This document shows positions 59,087 through 64,000 of a DNA stretch of 64,000 bases, in pieces (positions within the stretch are counted from its first letter, which is position 1; every line of letters starts with the position of its first letter). The position numbers and the translations under genes were made by a program. The notes below the pieces were generated by a model. That model had not been told where the DNA came from, ran no database searches, and worked only from the letters and a program-made list of their open reading frames with translations. Origin of the DNA: a virus; the IMG/VR virus record IMGVR_UViG_3300035181_000829, positions 26,232-90,231 of that record; one strand, 5' to 3'.

Positions 59087-61627
59087 TTATCCTTTCGGTG
59101 TGGGTTTGCGGACAACGCGGGCACGACCACGAATACCACGGCTACCAACAGTCAATGGTCGCATGTGGTGCTCACCAGTATTGACGGCACTTGCCGCGCG
59201 GGCATTGACTTCCGCCCATTCGCGCATTGCATCAAATTCTGCCGCCCGTGTCTTGTGCATGGGCCGCAATGTTGACCATGCCTCCCGCAGATCGTTCAAG
59301 TCAACCGCTGTATCGCCTCTGCCTAGGCACATCACAAGGGCTTCCTCGCACAAGCTTTCGATTTCGGCCCCGACCAAGTTCTCGGAAATGCTTACAATCG
59401 ATTCGAGGTCATCTTCGCTGATTTCCTGCCCGCGCTTGGCAAGGTGGATTTCGAAGATTGTCCGACGTTCCTGCGCGTTTGGCACGTTGACCGCCCAGAT
59501 TTCATCGACGCGGCCCTTGCGCAGAAGTTCTGGCGGCAGATTGTCGATACGGTTTGCCGTCATAATCAAGAAGACGGGGCGGTGCCGCTGGTTACGCTCC
59601 TGCATCCACGTAAGAAACGTGCCGAACACCCGTTGCGTCGTGCCGCCATCGTTCGCACCGCCCGCCATGCCAGAAAAGCCCTTGTCAATTTCGTCAAGCA
59701 TCAGAACGCACGGAGACATTGCATCGATCATTCCGAGCACGTTTCGCATCGCACTCTCGGATTGGCCGATGTATGCGCCGAAGACGCGGCCAACGTCGAA
59801 GCGGATGACCGGAAGATTCAAGATGGACCCTGCGGCTTTTGCAAGCATACTCTTGCCTGTATTATGCACGATCAGGCCGTTGTTGACGTGGAAGTTGGCA
59901 GCAGGCATTTCCATTTGCAAATCGTAGGTATCCTTGATCCCGACGACGCTTACCTTGCGTACCTTGGTTATCCTCGTATGTTCCACGTTGAGGTTTGCAA
60001 CCGAAATGTCGCGGTGTTGTGCCAAGTGATCGCTATTGGCAAGAACCTCAAGATTGGAGATTGCATCGTTCAACGCATCTCCGTCCAGATGGTGAACCTC
60101 ACGCGAGTCTGGCAGCACAATTCGGTGCGGATGGTCCGGTGTGCCACGAAGGGCGGCGACATACGCATCGTAGGATAACCCATTCATACGGGCCTCTATG
60201 ACAAGCCGTGCTTTGTGCTGGCGTTTGTAGTGGAAGATACGGTGCGAAGTTTCGATAACGTGGGGCCAACCACTATCGTAGTATTTCAGCCCCTCTACGA
60301 CGATACTCGGTCGATTGACCGACCGACCGCCCTGCGGCATGGGCTTCATGCTGCCGCGCATAACTAGCTTATCGCCCCGACGAACGTCCGCTACGCGCTT
60401 GAACGTGCCATCGATTGTAAGGACGCTATCCTCGGGTGTGATAACGACCTCATCGTCGTCTGTGGTGATACGGATGCAGGGTTTCTTTCCGCTGGCATAC
60501 GCTCCGATCACACGATTGTAGAACATGGTGCCAGTTTCGCTGTCCCACGATTGAACGTAGGTTGGCTTGGTCAAATCCCACGGTCTGCTTTTGGCAACAG
60601 GCAAACCATTGAATTTGGCAACAAAATCCTCGATAGGCATAGACCTCGAAGAATTGCGCTTGCCTCGTTTGTAGTGAATGATGGTTCCAGCGGCTTTGCA
60701 ACCCGGTGGGCCGACCACTAGCGCACCCTTGGACGGGGTGATACCAAGTTCCTTGGCACCTTCGCCGTAAGTTCCCGCACGCTGCACCATCCACTTTTTG
60801 AAAAGCTCCAAGCCGCCAACCTCCTCGATGGCAACAGGCGGCTGGAGTTCGAGCACGTTCGTCTTGCGCAGCAGTTGCGTCTTGTAGTCCCGCAACCATC
60901 GCAGCATTTCGGGTGCGCCGAAACCTGTCAGGTTACCGTGCTCGTTACCATAGTCGGTAACCGACAACGCGATAGCGGTTTCGAAGGCCGTGGCCGTCAT
61001 GCCGCGTCCGTTGGCGATGATCGCCGCCATTTGCTCGTCGGTGATGCTGGCAGAGATTTCCTTGTTTTCGAACGCCCGCGTAATGTCAGAGAGGCTTTCC
61101 CGCAGTTCATCGTCAGACGGATAGCCGAAGTCCACGATATGCAGTAGCGGGGCCACGGCGTCGGGAATGGTGGCGCTCTGCGGGATGATGATGAATACTC
61201 GCTGATTGACCGACAACGCACGCTGCACTTGCTTGCGTAGCAAGAATTGCGTGCGCATTTCGTCCAGCGTGAAGTAAAGATCGAGCATGACGAAGTAGCC
61301 TTCGGCCATATCCCGATTTTCGAAAAGGTTGGTGAAGGCTGACAGCACGTCCGCTGCACGTTTGTCATCGCTTTCCGGTTCAAGCGGATTGAAGACCGGC
61401 ATCTGTGAAAGGCCAACCTCAATACGCGGGAATTTCATCCATCCGCGTTCGACGGTGTGCATCCTGAACGGTTGCTCATTCGTGACGGACAACGCATAGA
61501 TTTCGTCAACGACGCGGAACACCTCTGTTTCATGGCACCGAACGGCGATCAGGCCGATTGAGGCATCTGTCGCGATAGTTAATTCGAGGGCAAGTGCCTC
61601 GGATGAAGTTTTGGTAGTCTTTGGCAT
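59087..61627 (-). CDS. Ycf46-like AAA+ ATPase, intein-containing
   Basis: VGGLE..K.W, GPPG/TGKS..AKA, FDVGRVF..YIGQSE..MR, PCVL.LDEIDKGF, FLTWMQE, TAN....LPPELLRKGR.DE. Confidence 0.9.
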   Translation of the reverse strand: MPKTTKTSSEALALELTIATDASIGLIAVRCHETEVFRVVDEIYALSVTNEQPFRMHTVERGWMKFPRIEVGLSQMPVFNPLEPESDDKRAADVLSAFTNLFENRDMAEGYFVMLDLYFTLDEMRTQFLLRKQVQRALSVNQRVFIIIPQSATIPDAVAPLLHIVDFGYPSDDELRESLSDITRAFENKEISASITDEQMAAIIANGRGMTATAFETAIALSVTDYGNEHGNLTGFGAPEMLRWLRDYKTQLLRKTNVLELQPPVAIEEVGGLELFKKWMVQRAGTYGEGAKELGITPSKGALVVGPPGCKAAGTIIHYKRGKRNSSRSMPIEDFVAKFNGLPVAKSRPWDLTKPTYVQSWDSETGTMFYNRVIGAYASGKKPCIRITTDDDEVVITPEDSVLTIDGTFKRVADVRRGDKLVMRGSMKPMPQGGRSVNRPSIVVEGLKYYDSGWPHVIETSHRIFHYKRQHKARLVIEARMNGLSYDAYVAALRGTPDHPHRIVLPDSREVHHLDGDALNDAISNLEVLANSDHLAQHRDISVANLNVEHTRITKVRKVSVVGIKDTYDLQMEMPAANFHVNNGLIVHNTGKSMLAKAAGSILNLPVIRFDVGRVFGAYIGQSESAMRNVLGMIDAMSPCVLMLDEIDKGFSGMAGGANDGGTTQRVFGTFLTWMQERNQRHRPVFLIMTANRIDNLPPELLRKGRVDEIWAVNVPNAQERRTIFEIHLAKRGQEISEDDLESIVSISENLVGAEIESLCEEALVMCLGRGDTAVDLNDLREAWSTLRPMHKTRAAEFDAMREWAEVNARAASAVNTGEHHMRPLTVGSRGIRGRARVVRKPTPKG
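59861..60700 (-). mobile_element. Intein (280 aa) with in-frame HNH endonuclease, inserted in Walker A
   Basis: GPPG|CKAAGT...EVHHLDGD.LND.ISNL.....DH...H...TYDLQM...NF..NGLIVHN|TGKS. Confidence 0.92.
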
Positions 61628-61650
61628 GATCGCTCCGTGTTGGCTGCTGG

Positions 61651-61687
61651 TGCAATCGATTGTAGCACGGATACCTGCGTAGTTGAA
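61651..61687 (-). promoter_or_regulatory. Promoter for the AAA operon, -10 supplied by the palindrome
   Basis: TTCAAC-N17-TACAAT with extended TG; ACGGAGC RBS. Confidence 0.55.
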
Positions 61688-61957
61688 ATGGAAAAGCGCG
61701 AACTACCACTTGGGCAATCCGCGCTCTCCATGACAGCGAAGCAAGCTCCGGCGTCACGCACCAAGGATATGTATAAAGCACAGGGATGGCTCTGTCAACA
61801 GCAATGTAGGTGCCCCTCCCATAATCCTAGAAGCGAAGCCAACACCGAAGGATTATAGGAGGGGCGGCGGGGTCCATTCCGCGAACGCTTGTTAGGCGCG
61901 TATTAGAATGATAGCAAAAGATTCTTCGCTTTGCAATAGCAGAATCCTTACCTTGCA

Positions 61958-62767
61958 TCAGCTAAGATTGCCTACAAGAGATGGAACAGTATTCGCCGAC
62001 GACACTGCAATGGTGACAGGCCCATTGTTGCCGAGCGATGATACCTGCGTTGCGAAGTGGAACAACGTCGCCGCATTGTTTTTCAACGCCGTCAATGCGT
62101 CGTTCACGCCCGTCAACACTAGCGTCGAGCCACCGACTGCGGGAGAGGCCGCAGTGTCCGCACTATCGTAGCTCGTCCAACCATTGCCAGCCACACGATC
62201 AAACAAGCCGCCGGTGCCATCGGGCAGCACAACAGCACCGATTGCAACACGAACAAAGTTCAGGGCTGAACATATCGCCGCCTGCGTATTCTTCGCGTTC
62301 ACGATCTGTATATAGCCCGATTGTGCATCGACAGTGCCGGTTGCCGCGCCTGTCAACGTTGACGTAATCAAATCAAGATTACCATCAGGTCCGGTTGCTC
62401 CGGTCAAATCCCGAACAATGCCGTAGGCTCCTTTGCTGATGAAACCTATGAACATGTTGATGATCCCTATGGATTCTTGGTTCGCATCACGAATCGCAGC
62501 GATGGCCGCGTCGAACTCCGTCTTCGGTGCAAACAGCGTCATACCATCGACAACCGATCTGGCGGGGATATTGACGGGCAGAAGCTCGGTTCCGACAACA
62601 CCAGTCGAGTTGTCAGCATAAACCGCGCCGCCAAAGTTTATGCCGATTCTTGTGCGGGCGGCTTCTTGGGCCAGCGCCGCGATGGCGAGTTGCAGTGATA
62701 GGGCATCACTGTGCAACGTAGAAATTGAGATTTCTTGGACATTCTGGATTTTAACTGCACGGGCCAT
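61958..62767 (-). CDS. Probable virion structural protein, paralog 1
   Basis: Ala/Thr/Gly-rich; colinear with 62843..63664. Confidence 0.65.
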   Translation of the reverse strand: MARAVKIQNVQEISISTLHSDALSLQLAIAALAQEAARTRIGINFGGAVYADNSTGVVGTELLPVNIPARSVVDGMTLFAPKTEFDAAIAAIRDANQESIGIINMFIGFISKGAYGIVRDLTGATGPDGNLDLITSTLTGAATGTVDAQSGYIQIVNAKNTQAAICSALNFVRVAIGAVVLPDGTGGLFDRVAGNGWTSYDSADTAASPAVGGSTLVLTGVNDALTALKNNAATLFHFATQVSSLGNNGPVTIAVSSANTVPSLVGNLS

Positions 62768-62842
62768 TGCTCTACCTAGGTTAAGAAAAAAGCCCCACCA
62801 AGTGAGCAGGGCCAGTTGTTTCCAACAGGGAGGTGGAAAGGG

Positions 62843-63664
62843 TTAGCCCGTGATACCGTTCGCGAACTGCGGAACCAGCCGACGAGCGGCCACGGCAACG
62901 ACGATGGGGCCTGCCGCCGTGATGGCGATGGCATCGTTCAGGTATTTTGCCAGCGTGGCAATGTTGTTCTTGATCACGCCCAGCAAGGTATTCACGTCCG
63001 TCAATGCCAGCACGTTTTCGTGCGCCGCGCCAACACCCGTTCCGGTCGTCGCCGAATCGTAGGTCGCCCAATGGGCATTGGTAACATCGAACACACCCCC
63101 CGAGTTGTCGGGAAGGGTCGCCATACCGAGCGACACGCGGACGAAGTTCACCGCCGCCGTCAGCGAAGCTTCGGTGTTGCGCAATGCAACGATTTGCGCG
63201 ATGGCATCGGCAGCGGGCACAGCCGCCGTGGCGGAGCCGGTCAGGGCCGAGGAAATCGCGCCGATGGTGCCGTCTGCTGCGGTGGCCCCGGTCAGGGCGC
63301 GGACGGTCGTATACAGCGAGCCTGCGATGTATCCGATAAGGACGTTGGTGCGGGCCACAATCTCCTGATGCGCATCACGGATCGCGGCAATCGCCGTATC
63401 GAACCCAGCCTTGGGTGTGTAAAGCGTCGTGCCGTCCGCAACAACCGGCGTCGGGGTCACCAACGCGGCCACTGTCGATCCGGGGGTGCCGCCCGTCGAG
63501 TTGGTCAGCGCGGCAAGGGCCGCAGCCGTCACGGCGGCTTTCACGTTGGCGCGGGTTTGCGATTGCGCGAGTGCGGCCAGTGCCCGGTCGATGAAAATCG
63601 GGTCATGGTAAGACTGCGAAAGCGGAACTTCGAGGACATTCGGGATTTGATCATAGCGCGACAT
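62843..63664 (-). CDS. Probable virion structural protein, paralog 2
   Basis: Ala/Thr-rich, strong codon bias, AAGGAG RBS, own promoter. Confidence 0.7.
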   Translation of the reverse strand: MSRYDQIPNVLEVPLSQSYHDPIFIDRALAALAQSQTRANVKAAVTAAALAALTNSTGGTPGSTVAALVTPTPVVADGTTLYTPKAGFDTAIAAIRDAHQEIVARTNVLIGYIAGSLYTTVRALTGATAADGTIGAISSALTGSATAAVPAADAIAQIVALRNTEASLTAAVNFVRVSLGMATLPDNSGGVFDVTNAHWATYDSATTGTGVGAAHENVLALTDVNTLLGVIKNNIATLAKYLNDAIAITAAGPIVVAVAARRLVPQFANGITG

Positions 63665-63734
63665 GCGGATTCTCCTTTTGCAGTCGTTACATTCGGGCCT
63701 CTAGGGCGCATCCCCGTTGGCCGACAGTGATTAC

Positions 63735-63763
63735 ATAGTATTGCAATCGATTGTAAGCGTCAA
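63735..63763 (-). promoter_or_regulatory. Promoter with the palindrome filling the -35/-10 spacer
   Basis: TTGACG(63763-58)-cttacaatcgattgcaa-TACTAT(63740-35). Confidence 0.75.
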
Positions 63764-63807
63764 GCGAAACTTATGCCGCTGACTTGATACGGTTCACGTG
63801 AATGCGA

Positions 63808-64000
63808 TCAAGTCGCCGAGAGCAGCCCGAGTTCCAGCCCGGAGAGGTCAGTCGTCGCCCAAACTGCGCTTGTCGCCGGATTGACGGCCCACTCTTGGAT
63901 CATCTGACTAACGCCGTCTGGGATGACCGCTCCACCGTCGTAGTTCGCGCCGGAGATGCGAAGAAACTGATTGAGATGCTGAGGCCCAGATGCACCCTTG
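63808..64000 (-). CDS. 3' end of a probable tail/virion protein
   Basis: Manual translation ...IQEWAVNPATSAVWATTDLSGLELGLLSAT*. Confidence 0.5.
   Translation of the reverse strand, partial: KGASGPQHLNQFLRISGANYDGGAVIPDGVSQMIQEWAVNPATSAVWATTDLSGLELGLLSAT

Noticed and set aside
1-64000. tRNA/rRNA genes, integrase, CI-type repressor
   Set aside because: None recognised by eye; tRNAscan-SE and HMM searches are needed to exclude them

Overview
64-kb segment of a large tailed dsDNA phage genome, with essentially all genes on the minus strand. The host is probably an alphaproteobacterium: the GH108 endolysin resembles the Rhodobacteraceae type as I recall it. Left to right: (1) head and packaging module (XkdF-type protease, portal, TerL, TerS); (2) ParB-N, glycosyltransferase and SLOG cluster, then endolysin and HU; (3) about 21 kb (14.4-35.5 kb) of small unknown ORFs, with a repeat-rich core at 17.9-24.4 kb; (4) recombination and replication module (RarA-C-like, RuvC, Cas4-like nuclease, resolvase, RecA, SF2 helicase, SSB, primase, intein-containing family A polymerase, DnaB); (5) DUF2997/DUF1257/AAA cluster with a second intein; (6) probable virion genes. 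The main unexplained signals are five. First, a 14-bp palindrome TRYAATCGATTRYA occurs in at least 29 exact and about 15 near copies, with no gap over about 2.7 kb, both inside promoters and inside coding sequence. Second, most DNA-handling proteins carry a basic-hydrophobic terminal peptide. Third, an HNH ORF is overprinted in the +1 frame of the polymerase intein. Fourth, G-poor tracts with CATTAACTACCC repeats lie behind rightward promoters. Fifth, there is a candidate structured RNA at 56.8-57.0 kb. All counts and family assignments were made by eye, with no database search.
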